DNA of 63,677 nucleotides, the filler included, from Welwitschia mirabilis (lineage: Eukaryota), in the NCBI GenBank assembly GCA_051453625.1. It is 7 parts of one record of this genome, joined end to end, with 100 filler letters (N's around TTAATTAATTAA, not from the genome) between each part and the next. Parts side by side here need not be neighbours in the genome. Positions count along the whole stretch, not along the records: positions 30,749 to 50,812 come from JBOZIK010000001.1; positions 50,913 to 52,585 come from JBOZIK010000001.1; positions 52,686 to 59,999 come from JBOZIK010000001.1; 4 more parts are not named here. The stretch is one strand, 5' to 3'. Shown piece after piece: positions 39,866-53,769 of the stretch. The notes beneath the pieces were generated by a model. The model had not been told where the DNA came from. It saw nothing but the letters and a program-made list of their open reading frames with translations, and did no database searches. Every line of letters begins with the position of its first letter. The first letter of the stretch is position 1. The position numbers were made by a program, and so were the translations under genes.

Positions 39866-40067
39866 GAAACTTGTATGATTTATTTGAAATGAAAACTTGC
39901 ATGATTTATCTAAACTTAAGACTTTCACAATTTATTTAGTCTTAAAACTTATAAGATTTATTTAAGTGTAAAACTTATGTGGTTTATTTAAACTTAAAAC
40001 CTGCATGGTTTATTTAAACATGAAACTTGCAAAGTTTAGTTAATCTTAAAATCTACTTAGTTTATTA
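39866..40067 (+). repeat. Degenerate 26-bp minisatellite, about 7.8 units
   Basis: Units such as gaaacttgtatgatttatttgaaatg, aaaacttgcatgatttatctaaactt and aaaacctgcatggtttatttaaacat, in strict 26-bp phase. Confidence 0.85.
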
Positions 40068-43000
40068 TGAATTTAAAAGTAAAACTTGCTTAGATAAGCT
40101 ATTTATTAGACTTACAAGTAGAGTTCCAAAGCAATTGAGGTTAGAACTAGTCTTATTTGAATTTAGATTCAAACAAGATGTTATCTAACTACATGAATTA
40201 TTTATTTTATAGAATGGAAAATTTATCTTCTCAATAAGTTTTAAAAGTTACTCTAAGACCCATGCTTAAAAAAAATTTAAGAAGACAATTATTAAGCTTC
40301 AGTGATAGCATTGGTTGATAATAAAAAAAAAAATTCTAGTGTAGAAATAGTATTTAATTTTTACAACAATTTAAAATACGTTAAAAATAGTTAAATTCTT
40401 ATCATAAATGTGAGTACATTATAATTGATTTTTCTCAAGAAGATATTAGAAAAATACTTCAACTTTCAAAGGGGAAAAATTATCCATTAAAAATTTAAAT
40501 ANNNNNNNNNNNNNNNNNNNNNNNNNNNNNNNNNNNNNNNNNNNNNNNNNNNNNNNNNNNNNNNNNNNNNNNNNNNNNNNNNNNNNNNNNNNNNNNNNNN
40601 NNNNNNNNNNNNNNNNNNNNNNNNNNNNNNNNNNNNNNNNATGAAATAAAAGGAAATTAGGTTTCTTAAATGTTTCTAGCTAAAGATATCAAGGATCCTT
40701 CAAAATAGAAAATTATCATTATAGTAGGATGCATGTTTTAGAATTTAACTAGACATATAATAAAAAGGAGGAAGGTTGAAACATCTATAATCATTATGTT
40801 AAGATTATCCTTTTTAATAATAAGGATGTTTAAAATAAAAGGAATAAACCATCAAATAAATAAAGCTTATTTGAATTAACTATGTAGTCTCTACTCGATG
40901 TTAAGGAATTAAGTGTTCTAAAAGTAAAAGAAGAATAAAGTTAAGATTAGAAAGCATTGACACCTAAAACTAGTTAAATCTTTTTTCTCATTAAATAATT
41001 AATTTTTCATATTAACCTTTGAAATTAAAGGAAATTTATACTTTCTCCACTCATCTCTAGAAAATAGGATGGGGGTCCCTTTTTTACCCCTCCCTCAAAA
41101 TAGTTCTTACCTCCTCCAATTCTTTGGCTATGATCTTTTTCCAAATCTCTAGAGAAAGATAANNNNNNNNNNNNNNNNNNNNNNNNNNNNNNNNNNNNNN
41201 NNNNNNNNNNNNNNNNNNNNNNNNNNNNNNNNNNNNNNNNNNNNNNNNNNNNNNNNNNNNNNNNNNNNNAAATAGAAAATAAATTTTTAACTAAGAAAAC
41301 GATAACTATATTAAGTTGCAGTATGAATTATAAAATGCTAACAAAGACAAACAAATCTATATTTTATATTTTCCTATGAAAACCAATGTAAAATTAATAT
41401 TTTCTTATGAATTAATAACAGAATTAGAAACTTCTTTAAAAGAAAAGAATGTGTCTGAGGCTTATCTAGTAAATGAGGAAAATATATTGATCCCCATATA
41501 AAGCATGGTAATTTGTTTAAAAANNNNNNNNNNNNNNNNNNNNNNNNNNNNNNNNNNNNNNNNNNNNNNNNNNNNNNNNNNNNNNNNNNNNNNNNNNNNN
41601 NNNNNNNNNNNNNNNNNNNNNNNTTTGTTTAAAAAAATGATTCTAATTATATAGAGTATTAATAAAAATTTATTACATCCATGCATAATGAGGCCCCATC
41701 ACCATTAAATAAATAATATTTAAAAAATATATTTGTAGGTTTATAAAGAATAAATAAACAAAATATAACTATTCAAATGGAGGATATCAATTAGAAGTAG
41801 ACATCGATGAAGGTATTAAGTTAAATTAGTTTTTAATAGACAACTTTCAAGGCTAATAAAAAACTATTATTTAGTTGTTAGATGAAACTAAGACTTTAAA
41901 GTACAAACTAAAGGTTAAAGCTCTATAGGATTATTTTTCTAGAATTCCAATGAGTCATTAATTTCATGAAAATTTTTTATCTATGTTTAGAGCCTTCTTA
42001 GAAAATGTTAAGCCCAAAATAAAAACTTAGCTATCAAAAATAAAATTGGAAATAAAAGTATCTATGAAGAAATATTTTACTCATTTAAAAATAATGTCAT
42101 ATAGTATGTCTAGAGTTAACTCAGGTATTGGATCAGAACCTAGAAAAACAAAATATGGAATTCAAGATTAGAAAAGAAAATAAAATGTGGACATGAAGAG
42201 TTAGTAACACCCAAGAGCCTAGGTAATTATCCTAAAAACCTATATGATTTTATAAATTGCANNNNNNNNNNNNNNNNNNNNNNNNNNNNNNNNNNNNNNN
42301 NNNNNNNNNNNNNNNNNNNNNNNNNNNNNNNNNNNNNNNNNNNNNNNNNNNNNNNNNNNNNNNNNNNNNNNNNNNNNNNNNNNNNNNNNNNNNNNNNNNN
42401 NNNNNNNNNNNNNNNNNNNNNNNNNNNNNNNNNNNNNNNNNNNNNNNNNNNNNNNNNNNNNNNNNNNNNNNNNNNNNNNNNNNNNNNNNNNNNNNNNAAG
42501 CATTACAAAGTGGAATTTGATCAAAGGAAAAAAGTATTATCCATAAATGGCATTAGCACTCTAATGAAGGAAATAATAGTTAAACTTTATAAAATAATGG
42601 AAGATTGTAAAAGAGAAATGAAAAGTTCTACAGTGATATTGTAAGATATTAAAAAGTTATACATCTTTAAAGATAACATGATAAATTATATGAAGATGTT
42701 AAGAGGAATAATTTCAAGTATGTTTTCTAAGACGAATAAAGATAGTACTTTAGGTATACGCATCATTTCTATTAAGAAAACTTCTAGAAAATGAGGTAAA
42801 ATGATTGAAATAATACAAGAACTCCCCATTACTAAAAATGCACCTATAGAATCTAAGAAAAAACTCCTAAAAAATATCTCAAAGCAAGCCAAGGATACCT
42901 TAAGATATATGGATTGAGAAAGGATTAGTTAAACTAAAATTAAAGTCTAAAGAATTAGAAATGATTGATCTAGGATACCTTACCATTTAGAAGAATAAAG

Positions 43001-43145
43001 AAATCATTTGATCTAAATAGAATAAGATTTTGATCCAAATAGAACAAGAAAGGAAGATAGGTTAATTAGTATGATAGATTAAAGAACTTAATTGATAAAA
43101 GACTAACCTTTATGATTGAGAAAAGAATATGAGTAATAAAATATT

Positions 43146-44197
43146 AAGTGTGGGGAAAACTAATGAATCTAAAATGTTAAGTAATATTTTGCATAATTAG
43201 CTTTATATTTGATGATTTATTAATTAGTATTTATATAATCTACTACCTAGATAGTTATAAAATTAATATCAATAATTTTAATCATGTTAGTAATGTTAGT
43301 AACTAGTGGTTATTTTTATTATATTTCACGTTCAAATAGTCTTTTGTAGGTAAAAACCTACTGATATTATATGTGGCATCAAAATAAACAAATGATTGGA
43401 ACAAATATAATAAGAGTTTTCTAACTATAATATCCTTAAAGTTGGGGAGAGGTAATGGAAATATAAAAGAAATAAGAGGAACTAAATTTGTAAGGGAAAA
43501 CCTATATAGTCCTAAGGATAAAAAATTATGGGAAATAATTTAAGAACAAAAAACAAGATAAAACCAATAATGATTTCTTATGAGAGGCTAATCTAAGGAT
43601 TTCATTATAATTTCTACTTTAATGCTACTTATAAAGGAAGTAGTATTTGTAATTAGCTATTTTTGATAACATAAGAATTATATTTTTAAAAAGAATTATA
43701 ACTATATTATGATTTTGTTATAGCATGTATTTGAACTTATTTAACTAAAAAGTTTTATTTCTTATGTTGTTTCACTTACTAATAATCACTTAGAAGGCAC
43801 TATTTTATTTAATCTTTTTTGATGTATGCTATTGAACATATACTAGGATATTTATAGTGCTTAGAAATAGGTATTATTTTGATATAAGCACTTCACAAAG
43901 CTATATTTCATTTTTTGTTATATATAATATGTAACTAAGTAATAGTTAATCATCTTCCAACTTAATTTACTCTTATTGTTTCTAATAAAGATCTCATCGT
44001 GGTAATACAATTTGAGTTAAATGGGTTAAAATGTTAATTATCTTAATTAATTATTTTTAGTGAGCTTTCATGATTTAATGTAATACTTAAGTTAGTAATA
44101 TAATTTTTTAGCATATTTATTATAAAATTTAGTGTTATTTATGCATATTTACTTTCTAATAGTAAGCTTAATCATCTTTCTACCTTGAAAACTATCA
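43146..44197 (+). repeat. PPT plus 3' LTR, LTR family B (Athila-like)
   Basis: AAGTGTGGGGAAAAC (Athila-type PPT) precedes a decayed TG start at 43161. Ends ..AACTATCA at 44197. Homologous to 29721-30648. Confidence 0.65.
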
Positions 44198-45559
44198 ACT
44201 ATGTGATCACAAGTATTTAAGATTGGTCAAGTTAAGCATTTTAGCCTTAAAATTTGAAATGGATTAAATAAAAAAATTATTTACATAAAGAGGCATAATA
44301 CCATTTGTATAACTATGTGCAACATTAGCAGGAGGTGAAAGAATTATCTCACATAGTTTAAAATATAAGGAGGATCAGAATAGAAGCATGTATTAATTCT
44401 TCAACATTGGGAGTTTTCACTGATTAGTTGCATTATCTTTCATTAGATTAGATGGAATATGTGGCTCTATATCTTAGGTATTTAATAAGCTAGTCTTGTA
44501 ATAGAATTTTCTATATGTAAGAAGTANNNNNNNNNNATCTTAGATTTAAATATCCATTTTTATTTTCAAACTAAGGCTTTTATCATTTTAGTTATAAAAT
44601 TTTATTCTCTTATTTTAATATAAGAATAATCATGCTCTATAACTCATAGGTTTAATTATAAATCATGATATTTTATGATGTAATTAGAGGTGTTATAAAG
44701 TTAAGCTAACATTTGTAATAAATTATTAGATAATTTATTCATCCTTAATTACTAATGCACCATTACCAAAAGATAAGGTCTCTTATCAAAGAATCTTTTA
44801 CCTATGATGCAATTAGATTAATAGATAAACTTGTCTTTGTATACACATTTTTTCTTACTGTATAACATGTGTGCATATATATTATAATACCTTCACATGT
44901 TCAAGAAATTCATTAATATTCTAGGTTATAACATTAGTTAGTGCTCCATTACTAGCATATATGGTCCTTTATATTAGTTAAAAACTATACCTATGATGGA
45001 GTTAATTAGAAGAAAAGCTACACTACTAAAGGCCCTTTTTAGGAAAAATTAACTTAGTGTAGTTCCTTAAACATTCCTCTAGATGAATTTAAGATTCAAA
45101 TTCTTTACTATATCTCATCTTCATGAATTCTATGTTAAAAAATAATAATTTGTCTTTCTTATAATTATCCAAAACAATGAGCATCATAAAATTTAGTATT
45201 AATATTTAAATCAAGAATTATAATGATCATTTGTCACTTGACTAAAAGATCAAAGTAGATAAAACATTATTAATTAAAATAATCATAACTTTATTTTATC
45301 TATAAAAATTTTTATTTTTATTTTTTATAGCATTTTATTTATAAAATCCTTTTTATTCCATAAAGATTTTTAATTTCTCTAATTATTATATACTTTTAAT
45401 CTATGAGCACTTTCTATATATCCTTTGTTGAGGATAGGGAAGATAATTTCTAGGGATCCATTTTCTAATACTTTTATTAATTATTCTTTTTATTTTACTA
45501 TTATTATTTTTAGTTTATTCACTTATTTATGGATAATAGATTATAGCTATTTTATGATC

Positions 45560-47090
45560 TACTCATAATCTAAAAAGAAGTTTAGAAAATGCTTTTCTAG
45601 TTAATGAGTACTTTATTAGAGATAAGAACTATAAGGGATCCAAATTTATTAACTAATATCTTTACAAAAAAAAACTTAGTTATTATTTTAGAGGTATAAT
45701 ATTTAAATAATTCTACTTCTATTCATTTAGTCAAACAGGTAACATGTATTATAGTATATTTCTTCCTAGGCATTTAGTGTTAATGGATCTTATGAAATAA
45801 ATACTCAAAATTCCAAAAGGTTCTATGATTTTAACTAAATTTTAAGCATTCAAAGTTTTTACCTAAGTAGGCTTCACTTTAACATTTATCATAATTTTTA
45901 ATAAAGAAATCAAAATATTTAAATATAAGGCAAGTAATATCTAGTTTATATGACGCTAAATGTACTTATTTTTCCATTACAATGTTCTTCATAATTATTT
46001 TCATGCATAGTTCTAAAAATATCTAGCTAATTATGTTGTTCTACACACCTTTCTAATAGCTCAGCTAGTCCTATTCTATATAAGATTCCTTGATTTTATA
46101 AATAGTTACTAGATTCTCTAATTAAAGTTATATTTTCATGATAAATTGAGTTTTTAGGTAATTCTTGGATAGCTATAAGTTATCAAATTAAATCCTTATA
46201 AAACTATTTAATAAGGCTTCATGAAAATTCTTATCTTATTTGGAATTGTTCTTATTGCTAATCATCAAACTTTATATTGGAAAAGTGATTAATTAGTATT
46301 TTTTTTAAATTTTTTATTTAGATAAAACTATTACATTAATAAAACACAACTTATTCTAGAGTTAACTTCTTTTTTATTCATTAGAAATCTTATGGCTAAA
46401 TAATCAACATGTATCTTTGTTGAATAACTAAGTTNNNNNNNNNNNNNNNNNNNNNNNNNNNNNNNNNNNNNNNNNNNNNNNNNNNNNNNNNNNNNNNNNN
46501 NNNNNNNNNNNNNNNNNNNNNNNNNNNNNNNNNNNNNNNNNNNNNNNNNNNNNNNNNNNNNNNNNNNNNNNNNNNNNNNNNNNNNNNNNNNNNNNNNNNN
46601 NNNNNNNNNNNNNNNNNNNNNNNNNNNNNNNNNNNNNNNNNNNNNNNNNNNNNNNNNNNNNTTCCTTAATCTATTCAAAAGTATTTTAACAATTACTCCA
46701 TACATACTTTTATCTTTTTGTAATAGCTTATTCAATGAGTTGGCCATTTATTTAAAATTATAAATAAATCTTTTATAGCATTTAACATGACCTGAAAATA
46801 ACCTTAATTCTAATCTAGTTGAGAGTTTAATAGCTTTCATAATTTGTATTATATTTTCATCCATTTCTATCCATCTTTTTAATATTTTATGTTTAAACAT
46901 TATTCATTTTACTGACATTAAATAACTCTTAGAATGACTTGATTTTAATCTTTTTTCTTCATGTTAATTGTAGTGCAATGTATAGATTTAAACTAAATAA
47001 AACACCTAACATCATTCCTCCATAGTGACATATGAGGTAAATTAATCAAAAATACAATATTATTATATTTATAATGAGATTTTAAATAAA
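45560..47090 (-). pseudogene. Heavily decayed Gypsy pol (RT end, RNase H, start of integrase)
   Basis: RLFSGHVKCYKRFIYNF..MANSLNKLLQKD resembles RSFLGHAGFYRRFIKDFS..A.PL..LL.KD. IHVDYLAIRFLMNKKEVNSRI resembles V.TDH.AIRYLM.KK. Boundaries approximate. Confidence 0.7.
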
Positions 47091-47954
47091 ATAAAATTTG
47101 AAGTTGATAGAAGTAAAGTGATCTTTAATTAGTAATGCAAGGAAATGGAAATGCTCCAAGGATCTAGCAATTCATCCATCTCTTCTCCTTTGCTCTAATG
47201 ATTCCTGTATCTGAAACATACATTAAATTATCAATGCATTAAGGCTAAACGTGTAGGCATAATCTCATCTACCACATGAGTTTTAATGAATTATCAAGTC
47301 CTCTTGCTACTTTACAGCCCTTATAACCATGAAAAGTATGAACCAAAGTATACAAGATCTGTTAAACAATGAGTACTATAAATTATAAAAGTAACTTTAG
47401 ACAACTCACTCATTTGAAAGAACTCAATAATTAAGTAAGTTTTATCTAAATATTACTAATACCATTTTACTGTGCATTAATAATAAATAATAAAATCTAC
47501 TTTAAGAACTAGTTCTAACTAAGCACTGTTAATACCAATTGTAATGACGTATTAATAATAAAAGAATTCAAATCAATTCTGCATTAAAACTTAGCCTTTA
47601 GCATTTTGCCCTCAATAAAGAGTATTAGAACATTATAATATCCAAGACTTTAAGTATTCCTCAAGTTTACCAACTAAAAGATGAATACAATAAAGGGTTA
47701 AAGGCTTTTTTATAGGAAGATATGGAGGTAAGGGTGGTTACAATGTCTTGGCTTATAATTTTAGGTAGAATCTTCATTGTTTAACATTTTATAGAAGATT
47801 TTATCTTGTAGCATTTTATGGAGATATTCATGTAGTATTTGGTGGAATCTTCACCATGATGAGCTCAACATGTGGTCTTTAGAGTCATGTTTCTCTACCA
47901 ACCTATGCTATTATTACAATTCTCTACTATAACTTTCTCATATCCTTGTCACAT

Positions 47955-49340
47955 GTATTCCAATGTTACAGCCATGTTCACCATCTCATTTCTTTATTAC
48001 CACTACTTTTCATACAAAATTATGTTCATATTTTGTCATATGTTCTAAAATATTGCTAAAGACCTATAATTATTATGAAAAAATAAAATATTAAATTTCA
48101 TTTTAAAAATAATAGAAAACATTATTTATGATAAATTAATAAATTAACCATTTTTCTTTATGCTAAATTAATCAATTATGCTTGCTTAAATGTTAATTTT
48201 GATATGCAAACACATCTTCTAACTAGTCTTTGACTTGACCCTTNNNNNNNNNNNNNNNNNNNNNNNNNNNNNNNNNNNNNNNNNNNNNNNNNNNNNNNNN
48301 NNNNNNNNNNNNNNNNNNNNNNNNNNNNNNNNNNNNNNNNNNNNNNNNNNNNNNNNNNNNCATTAAAATCAAAGAAAAAAAGGTTTGTAAAAGCAGATGT
48401 CATACCCCCAACCAAAATTAAACTTTGTTCTCAAACTTACAAGGATGAAAAATTTATGCAAGGCTTTAGAGAATGAGTTAATTACATGGATAATGAATGT
48501 TTAAAACTAATTGTAATTATGCATTAATAATAAAAGGATACAAACGAATTATGTCTTAAGATTGAAATAAATAAACTACATTAATAAANNNNNNNNNNNN
48601 NNNNNNNNNNNNNNNNNNNNNNNNNNNNNNNNNNNNNNNNNNNNNNNNNNNNNNNNNNNNNNNNNNNNNNNNNNNNNNNNNNNNNNNNNNNNNNNNNNNN
48701 NNNNNNNNNNNNNNNNNNNNNNNNNNNNNNNNNNNNNNNNNNNNNNNNNNNNNNNNNNNNNNNNNNNNNNNNNNNNNNNNNNNNNNNNNNNNNNNNNNNN
48801 NNNNNNNNNNNNNNNNNNNNNNNNNNNNNNNNNNNNNNNNNNNNNNNNNNNNNNNNNNNNNNNNNNNNNNNNNNNNNNNNNNNNNNNNNNNNNNNNNNNN
48901 NNNNNNNNNNNNNNNNNNNNNNNNNNNNNNNNNNNNNNNNNNNNNNNNNNNNNNNNNNNNNNNNNNNNNNNNNNNNNNNNNNNNNNNNNNNNNNNNNNNN
49001 NNNNNNNNNNNNNNNNNNNNNNNNNNNNNNNNNNNNNNNNNNNNNNNNNNNNNNNNNNNNNNNNNNNNNNNNNNNNNNNNNNGTCTTCCAATGCAATGGC
49101 TATGTGTGATCACCTCATTTCTCCATTACCATTATTGTTTTATGTGGAATTATGTTCATCTTCTATTATGTATTCTAAAATGTGGCTAAAGACCTACAAT
49201 TATTATGAAGAAAAATATAATATTAAATTTTATTTTAAAAACAATTGAATACAACATATTATAATAAATCAATAAATTAATTATCTCTCCTTATGCTAAA
49301 TTAATCATTTATACTTTCTTAAAATGTTAATTTTGTCATG
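47955..49340 (+). repeat. Diverged direct repeat of ~250 bp (47955-48200 and 49083-49340), probably LTR-derived
   Basis: Shared ttccaatg..ctcatttc..attacca..aattatgttcat..ctaaagaccta.aattattatgaa..ttatgctaaattaatca. Confidence 0.65.
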
Positions 49341-49907
49341 AAAATAGTTCACATCTTTTAGTTACATCCTATAATCTATCTGAAGATAGGTTAAAGCCAT
49401 CTTAATATGTTGAGAATTTATTCATGAAGAATTCAACTCATTTTTGCCAACATATCTTGAAATATGTAATAACCTAGTCTTTGAAATAAAGTTAGAGCAT
49501 TAAACCATCTAAATGATAAGATGTTAAAGTTAAAATTTTCTTAATTATAAGTAAATATTATCATTTCTTAATGTTTAAGAGCTGTGAAAATATAATTATA
49601 ACTACTATATCCATCAAAAAAACTATAAAACTTAGAATCAATAAAGGAAAATGGAAAATGATCCTTATAATTTTCTATACTTAATAATTTATAGTTAATA
49701 CATATCTTCAATCTTCTTTCTTTCTTAATTACCATTATAATAGAACTAATCCAATATAAATTTGAAATAGAATAAATGAATCCTATCTTTATAATTATTT
49801 ATATTTCCTTTTTATGATTTATTTGGTCTTGGAATTCATTCTTCTTTTTGGTTATTTAATTAATTTAATAGATTGATCTAAAACTATTTTATGATTATAA
49901 ATTCTTA

Positions 49908-50812
49908 TGTTGTGATATTAATTTGTAGGAATCTGATGGGATATTTAAAGTACTCTCGTAAGACATTTATATAGGTTTAAATGTAATTCTACTGATTATG
50001 GAGAGATGATAGGATAATCATAAAAGCACTTAATTCTTGGCATATTTGGAGGTATTTTAGGCATGTTCTGATATTTAGCATATTAAAGGAAGACTAATGG
50101 TAAAAAAGGCTAATTTACTCTATTAAAGAAGCTTGGGATAGGTGTCATTTCCACTGTCATCCCCATGATATTTAAGACAATAACACTTCTACTTATCAAG
50201 ATAGCTACACATGCAGCACATGCTGGGCTAGAATGGAACATGAGATGTCATCATCCATCTTGTCCAGATGATAGACAGGGAGATAACCCTAATATGGGTG
50301 AAAGCTACGGGGATGCTAGTTGGACATGGAGACATGTGACACATGATTCCATCCCATGTGTCATCTCAATGATAGGTAGGATGACAACTATTTTTCCATT
50401 TTCTAAATTAAATATCATTGTAAATGGAGTTAAGTGACTCATGTGGAATACTAGGGTTTTTTTCATTAATGTCTAGGNNNNNNNNNNNNNNNNNNNNNNN
50501 NNNNNNNNNNNNNNNNNNNNNNNNNNNNNNNNNNNNNNNNNNNNNNNNNNNNNNNNNNNNNNNNNNNNNNNNNNNNNGACCCATGTGGATTGTTAGGGTT
50601 TTTTTTCTGACTTCTAAGGTTTTGTTTCTAGAAGCTCAATATAAAACTATAAATACCCCTTTCCTCCTTTATCTCCAAATCATCTTTTATAATTGCTATG
50701 CTTGTGATGGAAGCTTAAAGGATAAGAGATTCATCCAGAGCTGTTAAAAGGGGTTTCCTTGGTGTTAGACTGAGTCTCTTCCATTGAGGTGTTTTTATTC
50801 TATTATAAGTAG
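49908..50812 (+). repeat. LTR family A copy (3' end lost at linker)
   Basis: Starts TGTTGTGATATTAATTTGTAGG; has ctataaatacccctttcc TATA region; colinear with 55754-56515. Confidence 0.75.
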
Positions 50813-53769
50813 NNNNNNNNNNNNNNNNNNNNNNNNNNNNNNNNNNNNNNNNNNNNTTAATTAATTAANNNNNNNNNNNNNNNNNNNNNNNNNNNNNNNN
50901 NNNNNNNNNNNNGAATATTCTATTCAAGTTACTTATTTTGAATTAGTATTGTATTTTTATCTTAGTTAAGTTAGGTTTATTTTCATAAAATTATATTTTC
51001 TAGTAATTTTTTTAAGGGACCCTATCATTCTCTTTATGATTCCAATGAAATAGGGTACAACAGTTTTGAAATTTTAAATTTATTTTATATTTTATCAATT
51101 TTTCTTATACTCATATTTTAATAATAGAGGCTGTTGTCTTATCTTTTGTGTACATGACATCCTAGATGACATTCTTATCTTATTGAGTTTCGGTAATCTT
51201 TTCTTCTATGTTTTTTTAGGNNNNNNNNNNNNNNNNNNNNNNNNNNNNNNNNNNNNNNNNNNNNNNNNNNNNNNNNNNNNNNNNNNNNNNNNNNNNNNNN
51301 NNNNNNNNNNNNNNNNNNNNTATCTTATTGAGTTTCGGTAATCTTTTCTTCTATGTTTTTTTAGGTTGGTTTTTGTGATTGTCATCTTCCCTATCATCCA
51401 CACAATAAGGTAGATGATGACACCTATATTTGATTCTAGTTTTTGTTTACTGTATGTGCATACAAGAATACCAAAGGTCTAGTAGAAAGATAAAACATTA
51501 GCTCGTAAGGAACTAGATTAACAAAAACATCAAAAAAGAATTATTTGACNNNNNNNNNNNNNNNNNNNNNNNNNNNAAAATAGGTACACAAATTCTAGGA
51601 TTTATTTTTTATTTTATAATCAAAAATTTTTTTTCTTTATAGTAATTTTATTAGTAGCTAAAAAATCCATGATTCCACATCTTTTAAGTATTAAGAAACA
51701 ATAATTTCAAATGATGAAACATACAAGAGAGAAAAACTTGATCTTCATTGTATACTTATCTTCTTTACCATCTTGAATTAAAACTCTCTTATTCCATTCT
51801 TATCACTTGCTTCAATGAATAATAATAGAAGGATTGTTATGAAACTTCTTTTTAAAAGGAGAAGAAACTTACAAAATAATAAGAACATTGGTAAGAAGAC
51901 ACTTTAAGAAATTTTTGCTAAAAGAGGGAGATCATCAAAAACTAATGTTAAGAATAGGAAGTGACCCCTTTCTCTTTTCAACCTTCTTATTCTTTTCCAT
52001 CTTCTTTTCAAGTCTCATATAGACAAGATGATGAATATTTTCTATATTTTAGGGATTCCACTTTGTTTTGACAAACTTCTTACATTTTTTTTTTTATCAA
52101 TTCCAACCATCTCCCATGCATAACTATCAAAACAAACCATCTTCCATGACTTGCTACAAGGCAAAAACTAATCCAATACAAGTAGTAATTGATGAAATGA
52201 AGAAAATCTAAGAACATACCAATTAAAATCTAGAAAAATTAGTTAAAATCTTATAATAAAACCTATTGCATATTTAGGGATTTTTCATAACACAACATCA
52301 TCACAACTATCCTACTTCATTCTACCTTAAGGAAAATAAAGAAAACTTAGCAAAAAATGATGATGATTCTTGTTTTAAACTTGAAGATGAAATTTTGGAT
52401 CAAACTTTAACATCCTACTCATTATGAGATAAGCAAAAAAGAGATAATAATAAAACAACTCAACATTTCAACAATTAGGATGAAGATGACCATTCATTAG
52501 ATGATGATATTGAGATATTAGATTACATCCCCGATATTTATTTAATATTGGACAACCAAGATGAGGAATCCATTCATGAGAAAACNNNNNNNNNNNNNNN
52601 NNNNNNNNNNNNNNNNNNNNNNNNNNNNNTTAATTAATTAANNNNNNNNNNNNNNNNNNNNNNNNNNNNNNNNNNNNNNNNNNNNTTCTAAATATCTTCT
52701 TTTTAAACATTCATGTGATTTTCAAAGTAACATTCATTATTTTTCTATCAAGTGCACTTTACCTAGTTCTTTTAATGATTATTCTTTTTAAAAGTTTGAC
52801 CTGGAATATCTCAGAATTTTAAATTAAGATAGGCCTTATCTTCTTGATGATAACCCATGCTTAAAGTTGATTCTTAATGAGCTTCTCAATTTTACACAAC
52901 ATTTTCAAAAGCCCTTAAAAACTTCTCAGATTTATTCTTTGAGTAGTATCTTAAATTAATTANNNNNNNNNNNNNNNNNNNNNNNNNNNNNNNNNNNNNN
53001 NNNNNNNNNNNNNNNNNNNNNNNNNNNNNNNNNNNNNNNNNNNNNNNNNNNNNNNNNNNNNNNNNNNNNNNNNNNNNNNNNNNNNNNNNNNNNNNNNNNN
53101 NNNNNNNNNNNNNNNNNNNNNNNNNNNNNNNNNNNNNNNNNNNNNNNNNNNNNNNNNNNNNNNNNNNNNNNNNNNNNNNNNNNNNNNNNNNNNNNNNNCG
53201 TTTTACTCAACTAGTTGAATTTCTCAATGATTAGGTTCTTAGCTTTTAGAAAAAGTACATTTTAAATGACTCTATTAAAACTTCTAACTTAAACACTTGG
53301 AAAATTAAGAAGTTAAGAGATAAAAGGTTAAAAATCATTAAAATATCTATTGATTGATATTAAACATAATAGAAGCACTTGTGTTGGAATTTTTTCCCTG
53401 CCATTATCTAAATTCTTCTTTAGTTGATTCTTTTGGTAAATGTCATACTATCACTTAAACATCTTTAATTTGACTAATGTTTTACTTCATAAAGTTACCA
53501 TGATTAGTAATTATTTTACTTAGGCATTTTACATGATAATATTGACTTCATCCAATCTTTAGACATGCATATGTCTATGAACTTCATTTTGGAGGAAGAT
53601 TTCTTGGTTCTCTTATTTTCTTTCAATGACATGACTAATTGGTTGTTTTAGCATGTTCTTCCTTGTTATTTATCTTCTTACTTTACTTTTATCCTTATGA
53701 GTAACTGATCATGTGAAATCTATGTATCAAAAGAAAAGAAATAAAAAAAGAAAAAAATAATATATATAT

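Noticed and set aside
39866..40067. CRISPR array interpretation of the 26-bp repeat
   Set aside because: Units are contiguous with no unique spacers, there are no cas genes, and the context is eukaryotic.
47524..47545. Possible PBS and LTR end on the minus strand (actgttaatacca-at-tgtaat)
   Set aside because: It has too many mismatches to TGGTATCAGAGC and no gag could be recognised downstream, so it is not called as a feature.
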